Shown: positions 48,076-58,289, numbered from the stretch's first letter. The stretch: 64,000 bases of DNA from Candidatus Levyibacteriota bacterium (GCA_041906785.1 JAYRIM010000017.1:210-64209), one strand, 5' to 3'. Notes: generated by a model not told the origin, from the letters alone. Made by a program: numbers and translations.

Positions 48076-50109
48076 ATGAAATTACAATCATATGTAAACA
48101 GAAAGTTGATCTATGCTTCTCTATTGCTCCTTCCTCTGTTTCTTATTGTCTTTCAGTTAGTTACATTTCGCCAAGATCCACGAAGCCGCGCTACTGGTTC
48201 TGTCCGGTTATTTGTGAATCCTGAGTCTTCTTCATCAAATCCTATTAGAAAAAATTTGAATGAAACTGTCGAATTGAAGTTAATGCTCGATCCGGCACAA
48301 GCAAGCGTATCTGTTGTGAAGGTCGAACTTATATATAACACGACAAATTTGCAGCTAGCAGAGACAAACGGTGTACAGTTTAATACAAATGCTTTTCCCT
48401 CTATGATAGATGGACCAGTAGTCAGAGATGGAAAAGTAGCTTTTACCGTCAGTATCGGTGCTGATGCTACAAAAGCGATCACTTCACAAACAGAAGTCGC
48501 TACAGTGCGTCTAAAGACTCTCGCCACTACTACAAGTCCTTTAGAAATAAAGTATGGAGATAATAGTGTTGTTGTTTCAGTCGGACCAAGTGAAACATTA
48601 GATGATAATGTACTTGGCACAAAAGATTCTGCGTATATCGAAGTTGGAACAAATTTCCCGACAGGCGCTACCACACCAATTCCCCCACCTATTGGAGGTT
48701 GTCCTTATGACATCCCTGATGCTTCGGTTCCAATAAGTTTAGTTAATACAGGTTCTCAAGTCTGGGTAACAAATTATGACAATAATACTATTTCCAGAAT
48801 CGCATTGGATGGGTCAAAAGCAGGTGAAAGCCTTACTGAAAATGGTTTGAATGGACCTACAGGAATCGCTCTGATAGGAAACGAAGTATGGGTCGCAAAT
48901 TATGATAATAATACGATCTCTTTCTTTAATCTTGACGGTACGTCAGCAGCTTCTCCTTTGACACTTCCAAATAACTCAGATTCCCCTGAACAACGCGGTA
49001 TTTTAGGTTTCGCCAAAACAGATAATGAAGTTTGGTTAAGTGATCAAAAAAACAATGTCATTTTTAGACTCAAAACAGATAAACAGTTAGCTGGTGATCC
49101 TATTAAGATTCCAGGAATTGTAGGCATGAGATTTATTACAACAGTAGGCCAAGAAGTTTGGGTAGTCAGTAACCCGACATTAAACCCTTCAAGCGCTGAT
49201 GGAAAAATTTATCGATTAAAATTTGATGGGACAAGTGCTGGGTCACCAATTGTTAACAGCAAATTGATTAATCCAACACATATTCTCGCAGTAGGAAATG
49301 AGATTTGGGTAACAGATGAATTAGAAACCAATTTCGTTCGCTTTAAACAAAACGGTGATTTTATAGGGATCATAGATATGTATGAACTGGCATATGTAAA
49401 TAGTGGCATGGCTGTCGTAAATGGAAAAGTATGGATTATTGAAGGATTTGAAAATCTTATTAATATTCTTGATTCTCAGGGAAGAAACCTTTGCGGTAAT
49501 ATCGAACCGACAGTCTCCGTACGACCTACTCAGAATCCTGACAGAACAACACTTGAATTAAAACTCTTACTCCATGGCATTGGTAAAGCTGGAGATAATA
49601 CGAATCCCACCGGTAATTCATTTAGTAATAAGAATCCTGTTACACAAGAACGTACGATAAGTATTCAACTCGTAAATGAGGATAATGAAATTATTGCTAC
49701 GAAAATTGCACCAGCTTTTTATAGTAAAGACCAAGGGCTTTATTTTAGCAATGTGATTATAAATGATACTATTCCTACCGGTGACTATGTTGTAAAAGTA
49801 AAATCTGATGGATATTTACGGCAACTAATGCCTGGATTCTTTTCACTGCAGCCTGGTAAAAAGTTTGCTATGCCAGTTACACAACTTACAGCCGGAGATA
49901 TTAACGGAGATAATACGCTGAATGTGCTTGATTATAATGTACTCTATGATTGTGGGTACGGTAAAATTAATCCAAAACCGATGATTGATCCTGGATCAGC
50001 TTTTAAATCACCAGCTTGTCAATCACACGCCCAAAAAGAACTAGCAGATTTAACAGATAATGGTACGGTCGATAATAAAGATTATAATCTCTTCATCCGC
50101 GAGTTCTAG
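48076..50109 (+). CDS. 677-aa surface protein: TM anchor, cohesin-like domain, 6-bladed beta-propeller (YVTN/NHL-like), conserved C-terminal module and dockerin-like tail
   Basis: Six (V/I)W(V/L)(T/A/S)... blades (VWVTNYDNNTISR, VWVANYDNNTISF, VWLSDQKNNVIFR, VWVVSNP, IWVTDELETNFVR, VWIIEGFENLINI). LLLHGIGKAGDN...NKNP module. GDINGDNTLNVLDYNVL...ADLTDNGTVDNKDYNLFIREF. Confidence 0.6.
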   Translation: MKLQSYVNRKLIYASLLLLPLFLIVFQLVTFRQDPRSRATGSVRLFVNPESSSSNPIRKNLNETVELKLMLDPAQASVSVVKVELIYNTTNLQLAETNGVQFNTNAFPSMIDGPVVRDGKVAFTVSIGADATKAITSQTEVATVRLKTLATTTSPLEIKYGDNSVVVSVGPSETLDDNVLGTKDSAYIEVGTNFPTGATTPIPPPIGGCPYDIPDASVPISLVNTGSQVWVTNYDNNTISRIALDGSKAGESLTENGLNGPTGIALIGNEVWVANYDNNTISFFNLDGTSAASPLTLPNNSDSPEQRGILGFAKTDNEVWLSDQKNNVIFRLKTDKQLAGDPIKIPGIVGMRFITTVGQEVWVVSNPTLNPSSADGKIYRLKFDGTSAGSPIVNSKLINPTHILAVGNEIWVTDELETNFVRFKQNGDFIGIIDMYELAYVNSGMAVVNGKVWIIEGFENLINILDSQGRNLCGNIEPTVSVRPTQNPDRTTLELKLLLHGIGKAGDNTNPTGNSFSNKNPVTQERTISIQLVNEDNEIIATKIAPAFYSKDQGLYFSNVIINDTIPTGDYVVKVKSDGYLRQLMPGFFSLQPGKKFAMPVTQLTAGDINGDNTLNVLDYNVLYDCGYGKINPKPMIDPGSAFKSPACQSHAQKELADLTDNGTVDNKDYNLFIREF

Positions 50110-50112
50110 GAG

Positions 50113-51759
50113 TCAGCTGAGTCGTTCATCTGTATGGAGTTTATATGTCTGACGTGTTGCCCATGCTTGATCGGCATACTGAAAAGGCAATAATTGTAAT
50201 TGACTAGGTACAACTCTACTCCCAACTAAAACGTCTTTAGGAACAGTTAATCCAGCAAATATCCGATCTGCTTTTCTTCCCGCCATATCTTGATACCAAC
50301 TATCTAAAATCTCTTCAATATTACCATCTCTGGCTACTACATGAGGCTGCTGTTTTTCTAGAAAAACTTCTCTTCTCCCTCCATTTCTAGGATAAAAAGC
50401 TGCCTCACGTAAAATATACGCTTTTGGATCAGCCATTATATTATTTTCTCTAACAAAATCATTTAATAAACCTCTATCGAAATAGGCACGCACTCTATAG
50501 ATATCTTGAGCTGTTTTTACTCTATCTCTGACTAGCCCAAAAAAGTTTTCAATCTCACCTTCATCTGCTCCATTAAAATGTAAAAGTAATAAATGACTTA
50601 ATGCATGTAGACGTTCTCGAATAGCAACATAGTACAAATCATGATCTAACAATGAGAGAGATTCATCAATAGCTTCTCCTTCAGACTGTCCCACGTTTCT
50701 CAGGGTAAATCCGCCTCGGAACGAATCGCGATAAGTAGCTATTAAATTCATTAAAGCTGCATCAACATCTTTTTGTCGTAAGACTTTCTCTAAAACTCCG
50801 CGTACACTTTTAGGAACTGCCTCCTGGGCTGCGATAGCGGTTTGGGCATCTGGAAAAAAATTCCCAGCTCGTAAAGCAGTACCCTGCCTAAAACGCTTAT
50901 TATAGTCAGACTCTCTTGTAACTTCCCCTAAAATGTTGTTACCAAATAAAAAAACAGGTGACGAAACATCACGAAGAAAAAAATCCTGGCTCATCGTCAC
51001 CATTTTCGCCCAGTATTCTCTATATCGAATATCCTCTGGGGTTAATACTCTATTCGGAGGGAATTCAGCATATGTTGCTTGTACGACAAGACGCTCTAAC
51101 TCACCAATCATAAATGGCGAAGCCATAGCACCTTGCGCACGAACTGTATGGTTCACAGCTCTATATGCTGTATTTTTCGCAATTGTATATATAGGTAATC
51201 CCAATGGTGTATATGGATGATATTCTGTAAACGCTCGGAGATCTCTTCTGTTATATATAGTCACACGCGAATTATGAATATCTTCTAGAAATGTTTCAAA
51301 AGATACTTCACTTTCATCCATTCTCAAAGCACCCTTTACACGATTGACAAGCCCAATCATATCTGCAGCTTGTGCATGGAAGCTTCGGAATTGGCGTTCC
51401 GTCGGTACATCTGCAATATTCTCGTCCAAAATATTTGCAGATACTGCTTCAGCAAGCCCATATGCAAAAGCAGCTTTTCCAACTGTATATCCATCGTTCC
51501 CATTAGTAGTTATTTCGTTCAGGCGAAAACAGAATGAAGCAAGTGAGTCCAAGTATCTCCTTTCTGATTCAGAAAAAGCTAATCGAGCAATTGAACCTTC
51601 GAGAGCATCAACAGTTGCCATTGCATCTTGTTTAAAACTAACCTGTGCTGCTTCAATATCAGCATTCTCTGGGGGTTTAAATAATGACGCGTCTCTTTGT
51701 AATAAATCATGCGGTAATGCTGATTCATCACCTTGTTGTATTCTTTCACTGATACTCAT
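50113..51759 (-). CDS. Hypothetical 548-aa protein (ORFan island gene A)
   Basis: Long clean ORF with slightly elevated GC. No recognisable motif. Confidence 0.4.
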   Translation of the reverse strand: MSISERIQQGDESALPHDLLQRDASLFKPPENADIEAAQVSFKQDAMATVDALEGSIARLAFSESERRYLDSLASFCFRLNEITTNGNDGYTVGKAAFAYGLAEAVSANILDENIADVPTERQFRSFHAQAADMIGLVNRVKGALRMDESEVSFETFLEDIHNSRVTIYNRRDLRAFTEYHPYTPLGLPIYTIAKNTAYRAVNHTVRAQGAMASPFMIGELERLVVQATYAEFPPNRVLTPEDIRYREYWAKMVTMSQDFFLRDVSSPVFLFGNNILGEVTRESDYNKRFRQGTALRAGNFFPDAQTAIAAQEAVPKSVRGVLEKVLRQKDVDAALMNLIATYRDSFRGGFTLRNVGQSEGEAIDESLSLLDHDLYYVAIRERLHALSHLLLLHFNGADEGEIENFFGLVRDRVKTAQDIYRVRAYFDRGLLNDFVRENNIMADPKAYILREAAFYPRNGGRREVFLEKQQPHVVARDGNIEEILDSWYQDMAGRKADRIFAGLTVPKDVLVGSRVVPSQLQLLPFQYADQAWATRQTYKLHTDERLS

Positions 51760-51791
51760 GAGTTTATTGTATAATAAACCACAAAGAAGAT

Positions 51792-52877
51792 ATGGAAGAA
51801 AACATAGTACTTACACCCTCTGTACCGATTCTTTGTATGAACCGAGATAAGGAAGCAATAAGGTTTGCTCTCGAACGTTTACGCTCAAGTGAACCTTCTT
51901 CAATTATTGGATTAGCTGGTTCAGGAAAGGATATTATTTTCTCTTCTTTAGTTGAAACTTTACAAAATCAACCATCGCATTACAAACTTATTGCAAAACA
52001 CTGTACATCAGTAGAAGACCTTCATGCACTTCTTAATGAAATAGAACAAGTAACTGCCTTTATAATTTGTATCATCAATTTTTCTCTGCAAGAAGATGCA
52101 TCCTGGTTTATTGAAAAATTGAATGAAATCCGTGAAAAAAGAGAGACACAATTTGTGAGTATCATTATCTCGTATATAAAACCAGTGCTCATATCTCTTC
52201 AACAAAAATCAAAAATCCTACTACGGTCTACGTACATCCTCACACCGATAACACAAGAAGATGCTGATTTTTTATTACGCGATTTCCAGCGTCGTTTTAC
52301 TTACAAACCTTCAGAAGAAGAAAAAAAAGAAATCTATTTTTGGAGTACCGGTTATGTGGGGTTATTTAAATCACTCTACCTTACAGCAAAGGACAATAAT
52401 TTTAAAAAATTTGATGAAGAATTTCTTATAAAGCAAGAACCTGTCTTAGTAAGGCTACAAAATATTTTTGATGATGTCTCTGAAGAACAATTTAGAAACG
52501 TTTTACAAAAACGTCTTTCAGAACAAGATGGATTCTTTCTTCAAAAGATAGGATTGATAGATGAATCATGTGAAATATATAATAAATTATTGAGACATTT
52601 CATTCTAGATAAAGTTCATTTGTCTCATAATGATCTTTCTTTATTACTAACTGAGAAGGAGTCACAAATATTTGCTTATTTTAAGCAACACGAAAATATT
52701 TTGGTAAAAAGAAGTAGTATTGCTGAAGTTATATGGAACGACTCTATTGAAGAGCATTACTCGGATTGGGCTATTGATCAATTTATTCATAAAATAAGAG
52801 AAAAAATGGTAAAAACAGCAAATCCATTTAAAATTATTACTAAAAAAGGCCAGGGTTTTATTTTTGTAGCTACATAG
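51792..52877 (+). CDS. Putative regulator: degenerate P-loop NTPase N-domain plus C-terminal OmpR/PhoB-type winged helix (island gene B)
   Basis: Walker-A-like IIGLAGSGKD. The C-terminal segment AEVIWNDSIEEHYSDWAIDQFIHKIREKM...IITKKGQGFIFV matches the trans_reg_C pattern (...VW....R.VD.HI..LR.K......I.TVRG.GY.F). Confidence 0.55.
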   Translation: MEENIVLTPSVPILCMNRDKEAIRFALERLRSSEPSSIIGLAGSGKDIIFSSLVETLQNQPSHYKLIAKHCTSVEDLHALLNEIEQVTAFIICIINFSLQEDASWFIEKLNEIREKRETQFVSIIISYIKPVLISLQQKSKILLRSTYILTPITQEDADFLLRDFQRRFTYKPSEEEKKEIYFWSTGYVGLFKSLYLTAKDNNFKKFDEEFLIKQEPVLVRLQNIFDDVSEEQFRNVLQKRLSEQDGFFLQKIGLIDESCEIYNKLLRHFILDKVHLSHNDLSLLLTEKESQIFAYFKQHENILVKRSSIAEVIWNDSIEEHYSDWAIDQFIHKIREKMVKTANPFKIITKKGQGFIFVAT

Positions 52878-52883
52878 TGACAA

Positions 52884-54602
52884 TTATTTAAGGGGTTCGG
52901 AGCCGTAACCAAGTTTAACAAATGGTATAACACACCAATTTCTTCTCAATTTATCAGCTAGTACAGGTAAAGCGACTGAGTACTGTTCTATCAATCGAGA
53001 CGAAATAGAATAATAGGGATAATATAATATCGCCATCCGTTTCCGAAGGTTATTAATACCTATACCTACGCTAAAATTTTCTACACCTTTTGATCGTAAG
53101 TATTGAAAAAACTCATCATCCGTTAATAATCCCCATTTTATGGGTAAATCATCCCACTCGATTTTAGCAATTTCTCTCCACTCTTCTTCAGAAAGAGGAT
53201 CACGAACGATTTCTTGAACGATAATTGGTAATGCTGCACCTGTAAATTGTTGTGGATCAGTAAAATTACCAGAAGAATCTACCACTCTACCTTCTTTTCT
53301 ATTTTTCCGTATCAAGCTAGCAGAGAGTTCTATGCTCCCAGGAAGATTTGCTTCTTCATATGAAAAAACAGTAAATGTTGGGATTTTATAGGGAGGATAC
53401 CCACCTTCTGAAACACGAATACATTCTTCGTCATGCTCACCATATGGATAGGTATGAACTGGGTTGTCAGATTCTAGCTTACCAGTTTTCTGTTTTTCTG
53501 TTTGCTCAACTGATTGACTGATGACTGACTCACTGCTTGCTGACAGCTGAGAACTGAAAACTGATGACTGATCAGGATGCATATTATTTAAGAACCCACT
53601 AAATGTACTTGTTAATAACAACATAAATCGAGTTTCCAACTCCTCTTCTGCTTGTTTGTTTCGTTCTTCCAAATATGGATAAACATTTTTAATTCTGCGT
53701 GCTATAGATGGATGCAGTTGCTCTTTCATGTCAGCAATTGCTTTCCAGAACGCTTTCGCAGAGTTTATATAATTTCTTCTCCAATCAAGTATAAATGCAC
53801 GTTTTTCAAATAGTTCCTTCACTTTTTCATCTCGTGCAATCTCTTCTGTTGAAATAATTTTTCCTTCTTTGACAAATCGTTCGATCGTATCAGATAAAAA
53901 TTCCTTCCCATTCTTCATTACATAATCGAAGACCCTATCGGTTTCTAAACCCATATACATATATCCAGTATGCGGATCAAAACTTATTTGGATTGCATGA
54001 ATTCGTTTTTCTTTTCCATATGTATTCTCCACAAAAAGCTTTGTCGCTTTTGCCATCTGCAACTTATGTGATACATCTGCAAATAATCCGGCATCTTGAG
54101 GATCACGGCCTTTTAATTGTTCTTCCTGGAAACGAGCTGCACAGCCGAGATGACTGTCAAATACTTCAACAATAGAATCGAGGTTAAAATCTGTATATGC
54201 GCGTTGAATATACCGAGCGAAGTCTGACTCTTCTTTTAGTTTCAATTGTCCATCTGTTCCTCGAACAAATTCCCGCAGAATACCGCCAGGAACCTTAATA
54301 CTACTTCCTATACCTGCTGATGCACCATGCATCAATACACGTAGTACACGGCCATCAATACAGAGATTCCAAAATATTTTAACCGGTAATAAACTATTTG
54401 CGAATTTCTTAATTTTTATATAGTCTTCAGAAGAAACTTCTTCCGCTCTTGCATTATTATCTTTTATAAAATCTTTGAAAAAATGACGGAGATAATCATA
54501 ATTCTCCTTAGCACGTGGATTTGGAAGAAGTTTATTATATGCCTCAAGCCGATCTATAAGCTGATCTATTTGTTTAAATAATGTTGACCCACCAGTAAGC
54601 AT
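52884..54602 (-). CDS. Hypothetical 572-aa protein (island gene C) with a beta-carbonic-anhydrase-like CxDxR...HxxC signature
   Basis: Cys81-Ile-Asp-Gly-Arg85 (NLCIDGRV), then about 70 aa on, IVEVFDSH151LGC154AA. The spacing and flanking beta-strand are consistent with the beta-CA zinc site. The rest of the protein is unassignable. Confidence 0.4.
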   Translation of the reverse strand: MLTGGSTLFKQIDQLIDRLEAYNKLLPNPRAKENYDYLRHFFKDFIKDNNARAEEVSSEDYIKIKKFANSLLPVKIFWNLCIDGRVLRVLMHGASAGIGSSIKVPGGILREFVRGTDGQLKLKEESDFARYIQRAYTDFNLDSIVEVFDSHLGCAARFQEEQLKGRDPQDAGLFADVSHKLQMAKATKLFVENTYGKEKRIHAIQISFDPHTGYMYMGLETDRVFDYVMKNGKEFLSDTIERFVKEGKIISTEEIARDEKVKELFEKRAFILDWRRNYINSAKAFWKAIADMKEQLHPSIARRIKNVYPYLEERNKQAEEELETRFMLLLTSTFSGFLNNMHPDQSSVFSSQLSASSESVISQSVEQTEKQKTGKLESDNPVHTYPYGEHDEECIRVSEGGYPPYKIPTFTVFSYEEANLPGSIELSASLIRKNRKEGRVVDSSGNFTDPQQFTGAALPIIVQEIVRDPLSEEEWREIAKIEWDDLPIKWGLLTDDEFFQYLRSKGVENFSVGIGINNLRKRMAILYYPYYSISSRLIEQYSVALPVLADKLRRNWCVIPFVKLGYGSEPLK

Positions 54603-54786
54603 AACTCTACCAATTGTTTATTATAGCAGCTTTTGTCTAAAACAGATAGACAAATCGGTCAGAATTAATTCAGAATCTGCTCAAGCTAATAGCTCAACTA
54701 TAGGTTATAGTACTCAAAAATAAAGATACTATTCTTACCATCCTGACATTTAAAGGGAAATTTAGTATACTTTACGTTTGTGAAAT

Positions 54787-56478
54787 ATGGCGCTACCAGA
54801 TCTAGAACGAATAATTCTTAGAAGAACTCAAGCTGAACATTTAAGAATTCACCAAAATGGTAAAGCTCGACTTGAAATCTCTGAGATTGGAGAAGCTACT
54901 CCTACAGGACACGAATTCCATGTGGCATTAGCGCAAGCTCTTGGTGAAGCTGTTCGTACAGATATAACAGCTGAGAATAGATATGAAGAGCAAATTATTG
55001 ATGGGCGGATGCAAAAACGACCCGGAGGGTTAGCTGCTTCATATTATCAAGAAGACAAAGTATTCGCTGAATCACTACCTGTACAACCCGATGGTAAACC
55101 CGCAGAATTTGCCGTAGCAGCACATTCAGATCTTCGAGGACCTGAAGTTGATGCTCTTATTGGTCTTGACTTCACTGTTAACGCAGGTAATGTACTGCTT
55201 GAGGCTCAACGTCACCGAATAAATATAGCTAGTATTGTCGGTGATGACTTCTATGATGTTGATGATGCTACACGCCAGAAGAAACTCGACGCTGTTCGAA
55301 CAGCAGTTATTACCCGAAAAGCGGAAGTGTTTACACAAAGGACCATTGACCATAGCCCAAGTGGAAATAGTAGGCTTGCAGAAGTTCGTGCACATGCAGG
55401 TCATTTGGAATGTGGCCGGTCGGATGGAGATAGAGCTCGTACACTCGCAGAATATATTGATTATGCAAATAGAGTTGTTGAGGATGGCGTTCAGAATATC
55501 TCTCCCTTTATAGATGCACGTGGCGGAAACGTTCTTGGCCTTGATCCAATCTACCGTGAACAAGGTAGAGCAGTTTTTAGAAGATACCCTTCAACCCAAG
55601 CTTATTATGAGGCTCATTGTGTCGATGATAATATGCCTAACGAAGCAGCAAGAGTAACAGGACAGTCAAAAAAAGCTAGACGGTTTAATGTAGACCATGA
55701 TTTCCCAAAGGATCCATCACTCCATGAAGGAACTGAAAACCGAACAATCTCTCATGAACATCATGTAGCAGTAATGGTCATCGCAGATAAAGATAGTGAG
55801 GCAGACCGAAAATTAGCTGCTGCAGCCGCAGCGAGAACAAATATGAGAACTAGCAGGGTAAATGATGGCTCGCAAGAAGAACAAGAAGCAGGATCAGCTG
55901 CTCTAGTCTTCCTTGACAGTGTAAAAAACCTGGAAGGGTATATGGCTGGCCTGCCAGGTTTAGCTCATGCAGTAGGTGCTGGCGGTGATACAAATAGACT
56001 AGGTCTATTAGCTTGGGGGGGTTCAGATATTTATGCCGCGCAAACAAAAGGAAAATGGAATACAGTTAGATGGCCACATATGACAGGTGTTGTCATCCAA
56101 GATAGGACTGAAGAAAAAGTGATATCTGTCGAGAGTAAAGAAGAACAACCAAAAATGCCTCTTGTCCTTGTCACAAGACAGGTTGTCGAAAAAATGGGTG
56201 GAAGAACAGCATTCCTCAATAGTATTGGCGTTGTTGACCCAGAACATCCTGAGGAAAATGAATACTTACAGACAGTTATGATAATTGATTCTGAAACAGG
56301 TGAAACACATAATTTATATACTGATCCACGAAAACCCACAAGAAATACAAACGAATTTCAACGGCAAACTGATCCAAATGTGACGGGAAGAGTATTTAGG
56401 GTATCACCTTATTTTCCTGATGAAATTGTAGTAGCTGATCCACGTAGGGCGCAACCTCGACAAATATTTGGAAGATAA
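54787..56478 (+). CDS. Hypothetical 563-aa protein (island gene D)
   Basis: Long clean ORF with higher GC than the flanks. No recognisable motif. Confidence 0.4.
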   Translation: MALPDLERIILRRTQAEHLRIHQNGKARLEISEIGEATPTGHEFHVALAQALGEAVRTDITAENRYEEQIIDGRMQKRPGGLAASYYQEDKVFAESLPVQPDGKPAEFAVAAHSDLRGPEVDALIGLDFTVNAGNVLLEAQRHRINIASIVGDDFYDVDDATRQKKLDAVRTAVITRKAEVFTQRTIDHSPSGNSRLAEVRAHAGHLECGRSDGDRARTLAEYIDYANRVVEDGVQNISPFIDARGGNVLGLDPIYREQGRAVFRRYPSTQAYYEAHCVDDNMPNEAARVTGQSKKARRFNVDHDFPKDPSLHEGTENRTISHEHHVAVMVIADKDSEADRKLAAAAAARTNMRTSRVNDGSQEEQEAGSAALVFLDSVKNLEGYMAGLPGLAHAVGAGGDTNRLGLLAWGGSDIYAAQTKGKWNTVRWPHMTGVVIQDRTEEKVISVESKEEQPKMPLVLVTRQVVEKMGGRTAFLNSIGVVDPEHPEENEYLQTVMIIDSETGETHNLYTDPRKPTRNTNEFQRQTDPNVTGRVFRVSPYFPDEIVVADPRRAQPRQIFGR

Positions 56479-56540
56479 GTACTTTATAATTCTCTCCACG
56501 TAAAAAGTAATTAAAAATTGCTATAATACTTCTACATGGC

Positions 56541-57941
56541 ATGAAAGAATATCTCGTAACGCTTATTGTTCTCTATCTTCGTTTCTTTGCAGTTAAAACA
56601 CTAAAAAATCACCGACCTACAATCATCGGTATTACTGGTACAGCAGGAAAATCTTCAGCCCGCGATATGATCAACGGGATATTAAAAGACCACTATGCGA
56701 CAAAAGTCGTGCATGGAAACTCTGAGACAGGCATTCCTCTCGGAATCATGGGTATTAAACCGAAGAGTCTGGGATTTGAAACATTTACAAAGAGTGTTTT
56801 TGATTGGCTAACTATTATTTTTCGCGCACCCTTCTCTACGCACCACCTGAAAGGTGTCAAATATCTGATCGTAGAAATGGGAATCGATGATCCTTTTCCA
56901 CCAAAAAATATGGAGTATCTCCTCTCAATAGTAAAACCCGATATCAGTATTTTTCTTAATGTGGGTGCGATGCATACCATGCAATTTGAAAAATTACTTC
57001 CAAATTCTTCAAAAGGAACAAGAAGTTGGTTTAATAATGATCAGGAAAAAACTGAATATCTTATCGGACGAATAGCTGATGAAAAAGCGAAAATCATTAC
57101 TGAATCTGGGTGTAAAATCGGTATTTATAATGCTGATAATTCCTACATCTTAGAAACTATCCGTCAATATGCAAATAAAGCTACAACCCTTCTAACGTTC
57201 GGCAGTAAACCCAACAATTCATTAACATATAAAAAATATGCAGTTGATCTACATGGTACAACCTTTACATTTGAGTACGCTAACGGCGAAATTATCATAC
57301 AAATTTTAGGCTATCTTCTACCAGAAACCTATAGAGAGACTATCGCTGCAGCTATTCTAGCCGGATTACAAACAGGATTAACTATAAAACAAATAATTGA
57401 GTCTCTCGAAAAGAATTTCTCATTACCGAAAGGGAGAGCGACATTACTAAAAGGCATACATGATAGTATACTTATCGATTCTTCATATAATGCCTCGCGG
57501 ATAGCAGTAGAAGGTATGTTAGGACTCGTCTCTGTGTTAAAAAAAGAAACGAAACGACCTACTGTATTCATTATGGGTGATATGCGGGAACTTGGTAGTG
57601 AGACACAATACGAACATGAAACAGTGGCAGAGAAAATTATTGGAACTGTAGATTATCTCTATTTGGTAGGACCTCAAACCAGAAGGTATGTGCTTCCGGT
57701 TATTCAACAACGTGAAGACACATTTAGAGAAATACGCTGGTTTGAATCATCAACACGCGCTGGAGATCATGTAAAAGAAACGCTTCCCGAACACGCTATT
57801 GTATTAATAAAAGGTTCCCAAAATACAATATTTCTCGAAGAAGCAGTGAAATTATTACTAAATGATAAAAGTGATGAATCTAAACTTTGTCGACAAGAAG
57901 ACTTTTGGATGAAGAGAAAAAAAGTGATCAGTAATCAGTAG
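56541..57941 (+). CDS. murF: Mur ligase family protein, probably UDP-MurNAc-tripeptide--D-Ala-D-Ala ligase
   Basis: IIGITGTAGKSS P-loop, DSSYNAS, and a Mur ligase C-terminal domain. Its stop codon lies inside the left IR of the adjacent cassette. Confidence 0.75.
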   Translation: MKEYLVTLIVLYLRFFAVKTLKNHRPTIIGITGTAGKSSARDMINGILKDHYATKVVHGNSETGIPLGIMGIKPKSLGFETFTKSVFDWLTIIFRAPFSTHHLKGVKYLIVEMGIDDPFPPKNMEYLLSIVKPDISIFLNVGAMHTMQFEKLLPNSSKGTRSWFNNDQEKTEYLIGRIADEKAKIITESGCKIGIYNADNSYILETIRQYANKATTLLTFGSKPNNSLTYKKYAVDLHGTTFTFEYANGEIIIQILGYLLPETYRETIAAAILAGLQTGLTIKQIIESLEKNFSLPKGRATLLKGIHDSILIDSSYNASRIAVEGMLGLVSVLKKETKRPTVFIMGDMRELGSETQYEHETVAEKIIGTVDYLYLVGPQTRRYVLPVIQQREDTFREIRWFESSTRAGDHVKETLPEHAIVLIKGSQNTIFLEEAVKLLLNDKSDESKLCRQEDFWMKRKKVISNQ

Positions 57942-57952
57942 TCAGTTATCAG
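57926..57952. repeat. Left inverted repeat of four-helix-bundle cassette 3 (gatcagtaatcagtagtcagttatcag); overlaps the murF stop
   Basis: Partner at 58290-58319 (ctgataactgattaccgactactgataact). Confidence 0.7.
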
Positions 57953-58280
57953 CTAAGGAACGCGAAAAAGCATTTATTTGCCTACCTAAAAATTTAAAAT
58001 CTTCTTGAAGGAGATCCGTATTAATTCCATATACAATTGCCACAACTTGAAGTAATGCAACCGTTTCATTTGCAGAACCTGAAGCAATTTGGAGATAATT
58101 TTGAAATTGCTTAGTTGACCTGCAGTACCCTTCAGTAATATTTGCAGCAACTGAAATTGCCGCTCGACGTATTTGATCAATCAGCGCAAAGTCTTTAAGT
58201 AACTGAGGATTGTTACGAGTTAAAATATATACTTCTGCGACTAACGCTAGAGCTTTCTTGTATATCTTCAACTTTTCCAT
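57942..58280 (-). CDS. Four-helix-bundle protein (TIGR02436 family), copy 3
   Basis: DQIRRAAISVAANITEG hallmark. Confidence 0.85.
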   Translation of the reverse strand: MEKLKIYKKALALVAEVYILTRNNPQLLKDFALIDQIRRAAISVAANITEGYCRSTKQFQNYLQIASGSANETVALLQVVAIVYGINTDLLQEDFKFLGRQINAFSRSLADN

Positions 58281-58289
58281 CTGTTTTCA

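Noticed and set aside
52884-54602. Annotating island gene C as a carbonic anhydrase
   Set aside because: Only the two short metal-site motifs and their spacing resemble beta-CA. The remaining 400 aa are unrelated. This is reported as a hypothesis in the findings, not as a feature call.
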